Shown: piece by piece, positions 38,436-52,070 of the stretch
How the letters are laid out: every line of letters starts with the position of its first letter
Numbering within the stretch: position 1 is the stretch's first letter
Assembly (NCBI GenBank): GCA_965153455.1
Contig: OZ234493.1
Location: forward strand, 14,002,213 to 14,066,212
DNA from: Sphagnum compactum
Lineage: Eukaryota
Length of the DNA: 64,000 nt
Reading direction: 5' to 3'
Notes under the pieces: generated by a model
The model's input: only the letters and a program-made list of their open reading frames with translations
The model's database searches: none
Told to the model about the DNA's origin: nothing
Program-made: the position numbers and the translations under genes

Positions 38436-39828
38436 AAAAACAAAACACTAGTTTGGTATGCCCCACGGAATCCTAAACATTGTAGTAGCCACTCTGCCAA
38501 CTACACCAAGAATTTCATGAGAGGTTGTTAATGCATGTATAATAGAGTACCATAGACTCGGCACCTTAAGATGTGTAAGGCACACCTCCCCTATGCACGG
38601 ATGACAACTATTTTTTAGAAGTTTTGATGGAGTTTTGTCTAGTTCCAATTCCACGGTCGACTCTAGTTTCAATTTTAAAAAACTCAAATCAACAATTCTT
38701 CAGAGCCTCAAGAATCAATTTGACAACTCTTAAGGAATGAAGAACAACCTTCAAAAATAACTAGTCCGATGATGGTTCTGGGAGTGACAAAAATACTATC
38801 TATCTTCAAAACCAAAATCCTTCAAAATATTATATCTCTCTAACTAGTGTCAAGTTTCAACACAAGCCACAATACCATCTTTCAAAAATCCTCATATGAA
38901 AATAGATCTATTACCTAGGGGCTAAAATCCATTAAGCTACTATACTCTATATTGAATCTAAATGCAATACCCTTGCCTTGGTAGGCAAGGCCAACAAAGT
39001 AATCAACAACTCTGCTATTTCAATCTATCAATTCTCATCTGTGTGTGTGGGAGAAGAAACACTCATCAATGCCCAAAGTGCAATATGGCCGAGGTTATTA
39101 AGCAAAGCTAAAAAAACCATTCCAAACTCAAATTGAGTACCTAATTGGATCATCACTCAAAATTATTTAAAAGTGGTCATTGAATGTGACATTGAAACAT
39201 GCACTAAGGAAGGCAATGGAGTCTTAGCTCAAAGCATCTTGTCTTATTAAACCCTAAAACCCAAATCATCTTGTCTTATTAAGACTAGAACCATTAGAAC
39301 TAGGAACCAATGATAATTATTTTTTGACCTAGACCCCAAAACCTTTTCTTTTAATTTTTAAAAATAAAACCAAAACCAACGGTTCTTTGTTTTTATGAAA
39401 AATGTAAGAACCAGAATTGATGATTCTTTTTTTTAAATCCTGAGAACCAAGCAACACTACAATTGACTACTTTTTTTTATGTTTCAATGAAACAGATGAT
39501 GATGGGATGCAAAAGATTTTGAGTTATTCAACACGAATTTAAAATATATTGATTATAGGAAAACACCAATATTTCCGTTAGGCTAATATTTGGCAAACAT
39601 CCTTCGCACTTGTTTTAATGCTTGCTACCCAATTGCCCGCTTTTGTTTTAGGTGAATCTTTTTTTAAAAAGCCCATCAAGGAAAATTCCCAGTAGCTAAT
39701 AATTTATTAACAATGGTAAACCCAAAATCCAGATGTTGGATGGACTATGCTTCAAAGAACCCTACTATTTCAACATTCTCCTTTTGGCCTTTGCAAGTCC
39801 AAGACTTAAAGAAGCCTTTTAAGTCCAA

Positions 39829-39863
<35 letters not shown>

Positions 39864-42800
39864 ATGAATTCTTGAGGGCTTCTGTGTAGGCCAAGTGGCC
39901 TAAAATAAACTCCAGATTTTTGTCCTCCCAGCCTAGTTTTGTGGGCAGTTCAATTGGGGCTTCTGTGTTGCAGACACATGGACCTAACAAACATCACTCT
40001 CTCTAATGTAAAACTTACCTAAGTTACAATACCCAAACAACACTAACAGGTGTACCCTCCCCCCTTCCCCCAACTACCCACCAACCCAAATAGTAAGTGA
40101 AACTTTGCCAATTTTGTTTCTGTTTGTGGAAGGGTTATTTGGCACTCTTTGGGAGCCTTCATTTTTCTACACTTGCCAAACCCTAAAACTGGCGGTAGGT
40201 AGGTAGGTAGTTAGTTACTAAAGGATTACCTATGATCTAACCACCCCCAGACTCTCTCTCTCTCTCTTTTGCTGAAAAGAAGGCTCCATTGGTAAATACA
40301 ATGATTAGTAAAATACTTGGAAGATTTTTTTTCTGTCCATTTGGTGGACACTTGTAGCTGTGGACATAGTACTAGCTTTTTATATACGTACCTACCACAA
40401 CATCCATTCCTTCTTAGCCCATGAGTTGCTTCTATTTACTTGGGAGTTTTCCTTGTCAAAGTGGTGGGAGCTTTGCTAGTATACAATTAGCATTTGTAAC
40501 AACAATGTCCTTCACATACGTTGGGGTAATATGCCCTCCAAATACACTAATAAAAAAATGGGAGCAGGTCTTTACAACTGATACATATATATAATTTTGG
40601 GTGTCAAGTGAAATCACGTTATTGAGTGTTTCATGAATTCATTTGATTTTTTTTGAAGAGAAATTTTTTTTGGGGGTATAAGGTTTATGGTTTTCTTGAC
40701 CTTTGCTCTTGTTCTGGCCTTCAACATTTGCTGAAGTATATATGACCTAAGTGGATTTACAGGACTGGGGACTAAGTAGTTTGTTTGCACAATCATTAAA
40801 TTTTATGCAATAGTTACCTCAAATTGCCCATCACCTTTGACACCCTAACCTCCCATATATATATATATATTGATCGATCAAAATATAACACGATTGTGTA
40901 CTACTACAATACCATCACCTACAAGTGAAAACTCTAAGCACTAGTTTTGCTCATATTTCAAATCACAAAACTTTTAACATAATAATAATTGGATGAGCCA
41001 AACAAATCCAAATTATGTATCTTACTCTCGTGTGTATCCAAAGAGTCATCAAACCCACACAAGAAAGAAACTCAGTTGTCCAAAACTCAGTTGAATTGAA
41101 AAAAAAACATAAACTAACCTAATAAATTAAGTTGGAGAAGTTCACATTCTGCAAAACACTACAAGCTTAACTTTTAACTTTGACATTGAACTTCCCATTT
41201 TGTTGCATGCTACATATCATTCAAGTTAGCCTTAGAGGAGTGTGCATGATAAGCTCAAGTTTTATAACAACGCAATTACAGGGAACATTGGCAAAAGGCA
41301 CATGGGAGAAATTTTAAAAAACATGGGAGACACAGAGAATTGTGGGAACAACATAAGGAAACAACATTTGACAAAGAATATGAGATAAAAATGAGGAATG
41401 GAAAGCAAACTAGGGACGTGGGTACGGAAGGAAGGACGTCGTTCTTGTGAAGGGCAGGACATTGAAACCCCACTAGAACTTTGGAGATGTCAATTATTGT
41501 GTGACATGCACAAAGCTCATACAAGGTTTGACTCCTAGTAGAAAATAAAATTTGGGCGACGCTGCTTGCAAGAGAACATATTGAAAACAACTGTGAACCT
41601 TATATTATTACAAAGTCATTGTTGGAATTGGTGGGCCAGTGGTCTTCTCTTAAGATGGGGAGACCAACAACATCCAGTATGGGCATTTCCGTATATGAAG
41701 GTCAAATATGGTAGATTTATCCCACAATTGAGAATCCATAACAGTGATTTGCAAATAACTTATTAGTGGCTTCCTGTCCCACCCTTTTCCAAAGCAAGAG
41801 CTCAGCCTCAAAGAGGCTACATCTTCACGTGGTAGCTCCGAATGCAGCTATCCCTCCTTAATAGGCAAAGAGGGACCCTTTTAATACTCATGGTGGCAAC
41901 AACCAACCGAGGAACATGTTGTCCCTCTTGCCGCCTGAATCTAACTACTCTCGGGCCTCTGCTATTGACCCGAGTGTGAACAAGGAGACCCAATTGTGAG
42001 AAAAACTATTTTGTATGTTTAAATTAATTTCCACTGACATAAATTACTCAAAATTCAAATTCAAGGCAGAGGCTCTGAAGTATAAATTGCACACCCTCAT
42101 GTTTGTGGACCCCCTCCCCCCATACTTGCACTCGTGCCATGCATTCTTGCATGCGGGAGAGATACTTTCCGTGGTGCTCATACTTTTTGACCATGGAAAG
42201 TAAGTATCTCTCCTCCATGCAATTTGAAAAGGTGTACAGTTCAGTTGTTTGGGGGAGGCTGCAGGCTACAATCTGAAGATGGAAAGGTGTACATTTCAGT
42301 TGTTCTGAGGGGCAGGGGGCTACAATCGGAAGATGGAAAGGTATACATTTCAATTTTTTTTGGTGGAGCCTACAATTCCGTGATGGCACGGTGTAGATGC
42401 ATAGCTAACCCAAATCAAGTGTCTAGCCCTAATCTATCGTTACATTGATCGAGTAGCAAATGCAAGGATTAATTGCATGATGACATAATAACACACTCTC
42501 AAACAAAAGTTGATTTTAAAGTCCCTAATTTCAGGGATCTGTTGCTTGGTATGTAGTTAGGTTTCCTGCCCGACTTTGATATGAAGCAGTTAAGTTACAA
42601 GCCTCAAAAACCATCACTCTACCAATGTCTAGATAGGCCTCCTGAGTCCTATCCTCGCTTGCTAAATGTGGAAATATGAACTTTAAAGCTGGGTTTTTTT
42701 CTTCAATTTTGTGATGTAGCTGAAGTGGCGATCATCCATAAGATGATTTAGCCAGATTTTGCTACAGACTAAAATACTCTCACATCTCACACAGCTTTGC

Positions 42801-44749
42801 TTTGCTGGAATGCTTGCTTGACTTCTAGACGTGTGAGATGACTTCGATGGCAACTACATTTTAAAAAAAATGGAAAGCTATTGTCCGGGTAGAATCTGTG
42901 ATCACAACAACCTAATGGAAAGAGACCTGAAGTATTGATAATCTGCATGCAAGTTGAACATGTGGACTCAAGAGGTTTGCGAAATGTCTATGCACATGAA
43001 AATTGGTGCTAGCATAGTGTTTGAAAGTAATGCTATTGAAGATCCCATTCCAAAAATAAATAAATAAATCAAAATTGGAAGAATGGACACCAGACAGCCT
43101 CACTCTTTTAGTTTGTAGGACCTAAGTAGCACTGGAATAAAAAGGGTTTTGGAGTTGCAATTGGGGTTCTAAATGGCTGAATCCTTTCAAACTAACCCAG
43201 TTAATTATTTGACACTGGCCAAAAGAATGTGTAAGGACAACTTTTGAAACCTTTCCCAAGATTTATTCGGGCATTACCTAAATGGGTGAATTAGTATGTC
43301 TAAATAACTTATAACCCTTAGGGTTATTTAAATAAGTTATAACTAATGTGAAAAATGTTTAACATGTTTTGAAATAAACATGATTTTCCTGAGAGCTGTA
43401 AACAAAATTCATCTTTTCTCAAGTTGCTATATGTGTGTTGTTGTAGACATCACTACATGTAAGCACCTCAATAGGATAGCACACAATACCCCGTTTTACA
43501 CAAACTTGCATGTTATTCAAAAAAGTCTTTAACCATGTCTCCAAATGCCTTATTCACCAATTATCTTTGAAGTCCTCATTCCTTGAAAGACTTTACTTGG
43601 AAAATTGTTCCTTCGTTCTATTAGGTTGCACTAGCTTATGTCCTTTGAACCTAACGGAAAAATACATTTGCTCTAGCACATTGCCACCTACCTTATCAAT
43701 ACTGCAACCTTTTTTTTGTATGAGGGAGATTTTGCCAAAAGTGAAATTCAAAATAAATAAAAATGGTGACTTTGGAGGTTTTCAATTGCAAAAAAATGAA
43801 AAAAAAAGAACGAAAAAAATTGCCAAATTCATATATTTGGTTTTCATTGTGGAGCTAGAAATATAAATATAGAAAGATGATTAAAGATTTGTATTTGATA
43901 TATGGTTCATAAGTAGATTTGGCTAAATCTTTCTTGTAAGTATGATTATCAATTTTTTATATCTTCCTATGGGTGATCATCATTTTGGCTACAAACAGAA
44001 ATTCCCCCAAAAAAAAACACCCATTGAACAACATTGGGTTAAGTAGTAAAAGATGCTCAATAAATCAATAAGTCTTCAATGACTAACTTGGATGCTTGGC
44101 ATTGGCAGCTTTGGATCTTGGCATTTAGATTTTAAGGTTTATATATGTGTTAGACAGTTTTCACATTTTTTCGAAGAACCATTAATTTTAGTTCTTTTCA
44201 TCGCTTTAGACAACTATAAAGGGTTTGATATTTTCAATTCCTATTATTTTGGCTGGTGTTCAAACGATAGTTCTCACAAATTTGATAATCGTCAATTTTT
44301 TCAATTGGTTCTTCCAACCTAGTTTTCAACCTACGTTCCAACATTTAAAGAAAAACATGTTATGGACTTTATATTTTATATTTCTTAAATAATGAAAAGA
44401 AATTCCAAGATAACATAAACCTTTTTTTATGTTAAATGCAAGCAAGGTTAATTTAACAACAATAGAAATTTCTTTCATTAGGTTTTATGAAAAAGGTTCA
44501 TTTTTAGATTAGATGTTACTTAAAATAACATGAGAAAAGTAATTCATAATAATTTGTGAAATATGCCAAATTAAAGGAGGTGGAACACTTTTAATGACTT
44601 TCATTACAATTTGATTGTTGTAGCACATAACAATAACCTTTTGAAATTGTAAAACTTTCAAGAACATGATGATATTGCTAACAAATCTACATAAATCAAA
44701 TTCCCATTTATTGTTTGTTGAACCATTTAACAATAATTTATCAAATGAA

Positions 44750-45400
44750 AAAAAAAAGTTTTATATTTATAATTGGTCAAATGGTTAACATTACCTTGTT
44801 TTTACATGAATATTCAACTTTCTTCTGGAAACACTATAATTAACACATATCTTATTCCACTCCTACATCCTTTTATCAAATATTTTTGGGTCAAATAATG
44901 CACTTTTACAAATCTAAATAAGTATGTTTTAATGGATACACATTTGAGGAGTTTACACATTTTTTCATTAATGGTGTCATATTAACAAGCTTTTGCAACA
45001 CACATGCTCAAAGCAAGTCCCTTGAGTTTTGTTTCCAAACTCATTGCTTGACAATTTATAATACTATAACAATCGTGGCATTTAAATTAGATTTTTTATA
45101 TTTCAACATATGTAATGTTTTTTTTCAAGTTATATTGATAAAAAAAGGTTAGTTAAAGGTTAGTAATTAATTTGATAATTTCAAAAATCCCCATAATCAT
45201 ATTTTTGGCTTCCAATTAGATCTTAAGAAATTAATGACAAGTGCAAAATGTCATGTTCTCCCTTAGACATTCACAAATTAAAATGTGATGTTGCAAAATT
45301 ACATTTTTGCTAACATTGATAATGTAACACCAAGATGGGTTACTAAAGGGTAAGAATTGTAAATATTAATATATGATGTTACATTATACCATTGTGTAAA
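44750..45400 (-). mobile_element. Possible highly decayed DNA-transposase remnant
   Basis: Minus-strand fragment ACFEHVCCK near 44990-45020 resembles the CxxH motif of hAT-type transposases; no intact ORF. Confidence 0.3.
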
Positions 45401-46978
45401 TATATGTTTAAAGGATCTCCCTCATCATGTTCAAAAAATCTGCCAAAAAAAAAAGTTTTCACAATGTTGAAAAACAAACATTAGAATGTCTAATGAGTGA
45501 TTTGGAACATTTTATCCTTATAAAATTCATTCCAAATCAAACACATGTTTCCATATTATATGAACAACATATTTATGTAAAAAATTTGATCATTTTTCAC
45601 ATTGAAATTAGATTTTGATTCAAAAGTATTATTTAGATTTACCTAGGGTTTATGGCTTCAAGTAGTTGATTTTAAATGTAAACTTGTAATTATTTTATGT
45701 TCAAGATAATTATTATTTCAATACATTTCAAAATGAACTTTCTTTTCCTAATAACATGTTAATGTTCCTTTCATGTCCATGTTATATGATAAAAGAAAAT
45801 TTGAATTGACATACATAATGACAATTATTTTGGAAACCATATGGGAACATATGAAGGGGGGAGGAGGGGTAGGGGATATTATTAATTGATAAACCTCCAT
45901 CTCATTTTTCTGTGTTTTTACATCTTTCTCACATTTTCAAATTGGTGTTTAAATTAAAAGTTAAATATTGATTTAATTTTTGAAGTACATTCTATAAATT
46001 GAAAGTTTTTTCCCTAGCCACATGGGTTTAGTTAGTTTATGACAAAAAAAATGTATGTAAAACAAAAATAGATAAAATAAATAAAGGATAAAAAATAAAG
46101 ATATAATTAACTCACAAAAAATGAAATAAAAACAAAGAAAACATATTAAAATTTAAAACAGGAAAAAGAGAAACAAAAGTAAGATTTTCTAAAAAAGTTT
46201 TTTTGAAAAAAACCAAATTATATACACAAAAACACTAAAAATGGCAGAATCAAAGCAAGACAAAAATAAGAATAATAATAATTGAAAGAGAAAAGAACTT
46301 GACATTTGAATCAAACAATTGTAGTTGCAACTTGTAGAGCCTAATACTATAAGGAAACCCTATATATATATATACTAGTTTGAGCCCCGTGCATAATGCA
46401 CAGGTGTGTGTATTTGACGGTACATATTACAAAATGATGCTCAATGATATTGGCTACTGGTTTACAATGATTGGAGAGGAAACTGATAATTTGTGATCTT
46501 TGTAGAAGAAAGCTGCATGCAAAGGAATGCAAGGACAAATGATAAAAGTTCAGGGGGAGAATTCCTATCCAGTACATTAAGGCGAAGGAGCAGAGGAGCA
46601 CAACCAAGAATATTTAGCTACTGGTTTACGGCAATTGCTCCAAAATTTCTATTACCCCACTATTCATCTTCCACCTTGACAAAGATTGTTGTGCAGAAAT
46701 ATGAGCTTTTGCTGCAAGCTCAAGGATGACATATGTAGAGTGAAGCTTTCCAATGTGGTTAAGGAAGAATAATATGAAATCACCTGCAATTATACCCATA
46801 TGACAACAGAGGTGAACTGACTGTAGAAGCAAAGTCCTGCAAAAACAAAAAAACCACCCTGAACCTGTATGAATATAAGAACATAACTCAAAAATCGATG
46901 TAGAAATTTCCAACATATTCATATGCAGAAACCCCCCAACATATGTTGAACCTAGAAAGCTCACAACAACTAGCAGCT

Positions 46979-47404
46979 ATGAACAATACGGAGCACCACG
47001 TCAAGTCGAATATGATCATCAGCGCTGGTGCTGCATCCAAACACAACGATCAGGTAAGTATTTGAATGAGAGTTTTCATTACCACAGAATATTGTATAAA
47101 GTCTAACTGCTACGGGTCATGATGTACGTGCGATCAACTACCGATGGTGCAGGATGAAGCAGTGCAGAAGAGCTTATACCCACAACATCGTTAAGCTGCT
47201 GTTGCTGCTGCTGTTGTTGCCGGATTGCCACATGACGTGAATCTGCACCAGATCAGGAGATTGTCGACATTGAAAGCTCATGCGGCAGCAAGTAGCTCTG
47301 GTGATGAGGAGGAGGAGATTCTGATGGAGATAATTCTCTACAACTTTGACCATGTAGACTATGTGGATCCCGCTGAAGCAGAGCCGCATCGTCTTGGAAA
47401 ATAA
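46979..47404 (+). pseudogene. Small spliced gene-like fragment inside the Helitron, possibly a disrupted secreted-peptide precursor ending DYVDPAEAEPHRLGK
   Basis: Exon 46979-47053 (CAG|GTAAGT) and exon from 47153 (TGCAG|) join in frame, with one internal TAA at 47192. An overlapping frame from ATG 47154 encodes MKQCRRAYTHNIVKLLLLLLLL. Confidence 0.4.
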
Positions 47405-47753
47405 TGAGTTGCGAAAGCCATGTGCAAGTTCCTCTTAATATAGCTTCTACAAAGTGTAAGTGCAGGGTTGCATCATCAAGTGCACCATCCCACCACACTT
47501 GTACACACTGCTGCTAGCCCTATCAGACGTGTGCCACAGATGTAGCAGACGACAACCTCTTGCGACCTTTTCAATTTGTGTTTTTGTGTGTGTGTGTGTG
47601 CGTGCATGCATGTCTGTCTGTTTTCTTTGAGAATCTAAATAGCCGAAATTGCCATCCTTACTGTCTCGCTCGCCGTCTTTCTTGATCATCTGTTCTTTTG
47701 CGTGTGCGCCTGCACGTGTGTCTGTTCTCTTTGTGAATAGAATAGTAAGAAAG

Positions 47754-48443
47754 GCCTAATGCACAGGTGTGTGTTTAAAATAAATCAAACATGCACCTAA
47801 AACTGGTGGGTCTTTGCCGGTCCTAACCCACCCCATCCGGCTTAAATAGACATCCATCCCCGTCCGGCTTAAATAGACGGTTGACAGGATGGATGAATTA
47901 AAAAATAAGCCAGATGGGGATGGATGAATTAAAAAATTAAAATCTTATATATATATATATAAGATAATTTTTCATTTTTCTATTTTATTATTATTATTAT
48001 AAACAAAAAAAAACACCGAAAACAGAGAACGAAAAAGAAAATGAAAAGAAAAACACCCCGTCCTCTGTACAGTAAATCTTGGGGGTGCCCCCCCTGGGGC
48101 CGGGCAAGTTTGTGCCCCGTGCCTAATGCACAAGTGTGTGTTTAAAATAAATCAAACATGCACCTAAAACTGCTGGGTCTTTGCCAACCCTAACCCACCC
48201 CATCCGGCTTAAATAGACATCCATCCCCGTCCGACTTAAATAAACGGCTGATGGGATGGATGAATTAAAAAATTAAAACTTTATATATATATATATATAA
48301 GATTATTTTTCATTTTTCTATTTTATTATTATTATTATAAACAAAAAAAAACACTGAAAACAAAGAACGAAAAAAAAAATGAAAAGAAAAAAACCACGTC
48401 CTCTGTACAGTAAATCTTGGGGGTGCCCCCCCGGGGCCGGGCA
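47754..48443. repeat. 367-bp-period tandem duplication within the Helitron
   Basis: GCCTAATGCACAGGTGTGTGTTTAAAATAAATCAAACATGCACC at 47754 and 48121; the two units match through GGGGTGCCCCCC..GGGGCCGGGCA. Confidence 0.9.
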
Positions 48444-48949
48444 TGAGGGGGCGGGGGGGGGTTATTTATTTCTGCTAGGGTTTCCTTCCCTGTATGATGC
48501 CATCCATGGATGGATGACGGGACGGATGGATGGATAGGTCGGACGGATGGAGGAAATGTCCGTCCGGTTGGATGACGGGACGGATGACGGACATGGGAAA
48601 GCCACGCCCTCGTTATATTTAGGGCCGGACGGATTAAGGGGAAGCTTCATTCGTCCGGCTTCAGGGGAAGCTTCATTGTTCCTTTACTATATATAATATA
48701 TATATATAAACAAGGATGGAAATCCATCCACAAAAAATACAAGGCATGTTGAAGCAAATGTAAACACACGAAAGAAAAACCAAAACCATCAAAACAATAG
48801 TAATGAAGTGGAAGATGTAATGTTAAAAGGGCATCTTTTGCCACAAATCAGTTAGTGATGGAAGTGCACTAGCTGGTATGTGTGGAAGAGATGAAAAATT
48901 GTGACTAAACATTGTAGTTTGTTGAATAATTGTGATGGTTTTGCACACA

Positions 48950-51900
48950 CTATAAGGCTATCGACATTCGTTGCTTATAGTGAAATATAAACATTAAAGG
49001 TACCAAGGAGGTTCGTTGATGGCGAGTTATATACAGTGGAATGTACACAAGAAGTCAGAAAGGAATCAAAATAAAGATGGAAACAATCATAGGTCTCTAT
49101 GGCAAGGGGAATGAAATCACCTATTGGCACTCATTCCGTATAGGATCAAGCCTTGTCTTGAGCAACTATCATTACATGTGTTGTCGTTGTTGAAACATAT
49201 TGCACCAAATTTGGGCGAGCAAATCACCAATGATAACGTCTGTTACAGTTCAAAAATAGTGATGACAATATCCACTCATCTTCATGTGTGGCGGGGGAAA
49301 AGGTGAGAAACCTTTCTATGTGGGCTCTACTTTTCGATGCGATAACTGCAATGGTATTTCGAAGCGTATCATGGGTTACAGTGTGTTCACTCCATCATAG
49401 GCAACGTAGCAAGTGGATACCCCCCAAATCATCGATGTTATGACCACACTATCATCGTGAAAGATGTGCAACTATAGGATGTGGTATACTGAGACACATA
49501 CGAAGTGTTGTAAAAAAATGGGCGAAGGATAAATAAAATGAAGGGGTGCTAGGATGAACTAATATCCAAGCCCCGACTACTAGACCTACACAAGAACAAA
49601 GATGTGTTCACTCGACATTTGAAGGAACATCTACTAAAAGTGAATTCAATTCTTGCTCGTGTAGTTGGTCCATCAAAGAAAACTGAATTTGAGGATAGGA
49701 TTGCATTACTAAACTTTCAAAAGGCAAGACATGTGACCAGACGACTTCAGGCAACAACGCATGAATATTTCGTAGTGCGACCTAAAAGGGATAAGTACCG
49801 GTTTTTACATGTGGGATTGCATCAAAAAGAGTAGGGTGATCATCTTGTTGGAAACGAGAGACTAGTGTAGGAGCGATTAAATCCCAACATCTTAAAAAGG
49901 CAGGGGCAACACGTTGGACCACTAAGGGAAGGCCTAGCCCCCCAAAAAAACATGAAAAATGATCTAACAATAAGTCACATGGCCCACTGTGGTGCCAAAG
50001 AATCCTAACCCTAATAGATTTTCTAACATAACTATGGTACAAACATCAAACTCGATATAACGTTGCAAGATACATGGTGATGGAAATATAGTTAGATGTA
50101 AGTAGTTTGGCTGTTAAACATAACAAAGTGAAAAACGTTACAAAAGCTACCTAAGGATTTTCGAACATAGGAAGGTTAATGATCATGCTGAGACCTTTTT
50201 GGAACGCCTCTAATATTAAAAACTCCATAAATGGCAAAGAACCCACTGGGGCACCTAGAATACAAAAACTGGATTCAAGTGTAAGAAAACCTAAAGGAAG
50301 TGATATAAATTAGTTTAACCCCTATGGAGACCAAGTTACTCATTTTGTTGGATGTAATGAAAGTCCTAGCGTTCCAAATTCTTCTTATAATCGCAAAAAA
50401 AAGGGTAACACATTTGAGGTAGGACCAACTATGTGTGTATCATCTGCCAATGGAGGAAAAACACAAGTAAGGTGGGCTGTTATAATAGGATGGAAAGTGT
50501 GAAGATGAGTTAGTGCAAACAACATTCCTCCCAAAGGATCCCCATGTCATGTACCAAATTTGGATGAAATGATAGTGAAATTTTTGTGCTTAAAAACTTT
50601 TAAGAAATATAGTGGAAATGGGTGTGCATAAAACTGACGAACAAAGGAGAAAAACTAATCCAAGGTGTCGATAAAAGACTACAACTTTTGAAAAATGGTT
50701 CTTCGAGATACTGAATAAAACACATTTCGAACATCCACTATAATACCACCTGCTTTGGATGTAAATCCAACATAGTTTTAACCGCATGAACCACTATTTC
50801 GCACCCATCCGGTGTTGCTACCCTAAATTGGTGTGGATTAAAATATTTTACAAATGTATCCTTGAATTGAATAGCTAGTGTGCGGGCGACTAATCGATAA
50901 ATCACCTCTTTAATTGCGATGGGTCAAACGTTTCTAACTTGTTTATCCAAAGCCAATTATTGTGATGCAACAAGCAAGCGTGATATTGATGGAGGAACAT
51001 GACCATGAACGATGTGCTTGCATATTTCCAAAAAAAATTCAAAGCCACTAATAGAGTCATCAAAGACAAAACAATCTTACAAAAGCTCATACACCATATT
51101 CGAGGGAGTGTCGAATGAAAGACGTGGAGAACATGTAAAAGCATAAATAAATGCCTTTCTATCCAAAATAAGATTTGTTTCTAAATGAAAATCATTGATA
51201 AAAGGAGGAAAATCAACCTTAGCCAATGGATGAAGATGGTGACGGGCCATAATGGTTTCAATTAATGGGGCCGTAGGAATGGCAAGGGCCAATGTACGCA
51301 CTATTTGAGCATATTCCTGTACATGAATAAATGTTCGTGCATGACACAATTATGTTAATGGAGGTGGAGTAGGATTTGGTGCCATCTTTGAAGATCTTTG
51401 GGAAGCCAATGCCTATGTTCTAATTGTGTGTTCTTGTAATGTCTCACAGTCCCTTGCCATGTACCGACGCAAACAAGTGCATGTCTCTTGGTGACCTTTC
51501 TCATCACCTTGTGAGGGAAATGTTAAGCACCAAGAATGGAAGAGCAAAATGCATGCCAAATTATTATGTCGAATGGATTGACGACCAACCAAGCTAAAGG
51601 GATGCGTAGACACTCTAAACCTTGACATGGAGCATATGGAATGTGATGAAATGAATGGGGATGTGGTAAACCAAGATGGAAAACATCGATGATATTTAAT
51701 GATGCAATCCATGTCCAAGCTAAAGAAAGAAGAGAAGACGGTAATGCCGAAGGCATCGACACCCTAGAAGTTGATGACTACTTATGTGTAGTGCATGATG
51801 TCTAGTGATGTGTTAAACTTATTCCTACTATGTATAAGTGACCACAACCGAGACAAAGAGCACGTAGACTCTACTAATGGCATGGATGGGCCTTTGATGT

Positions 51901-52070
51901 AAGTACAGATGATTGAAGAATACCTCGTGGTTGATGAGGTAAAGAAAATGTGGAATGTGTGAACAAACTAGGTGTAATTGAAGAGATTAAATGAAGCAAA
52001 ATAGATGTGTTGGGAATCATCAAGTGAAAGGCCAAAAATGTGTCATGACAATTCATACAAATCATCATGA
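48950..52070 (-). mobile_element. Decayed non-LTR retrotransposon with RT plus restriction-like endonuclease (CRE/R2-group)
   Basis: Minus-strand fragments in order: PIAIKEVIYRLVART, PHQFRVATPDGCE, VDVRNVF.SVSR, HGDPLGGMLFAL, LADDTHIVGP (RT); then CGH..DDLG.HLLRC...EHTVTHD (zinc knuckle), VDIVI and FIPLAIETY (RLE). Many stops and frameshifts. Confidence 0.85.

Larger units (their letters stand above)
46375..48707 (-). mobile_element. Non-autonomous Helitron-like element with internal duplicated 3' ends and captured sequence
   Basis: Minus-strand 3' end CCTGTGCATTATGCACGGGGCTCAAACTAG|T (hairpin plus CTAG at 46375-46404). The same hairpin recurs at 48114-48134, followed by CTTG, and truncated at 47754-47770. 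Both ends abut (TA)n tracts. The 5' end is approximate. Confidence 0.7.
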
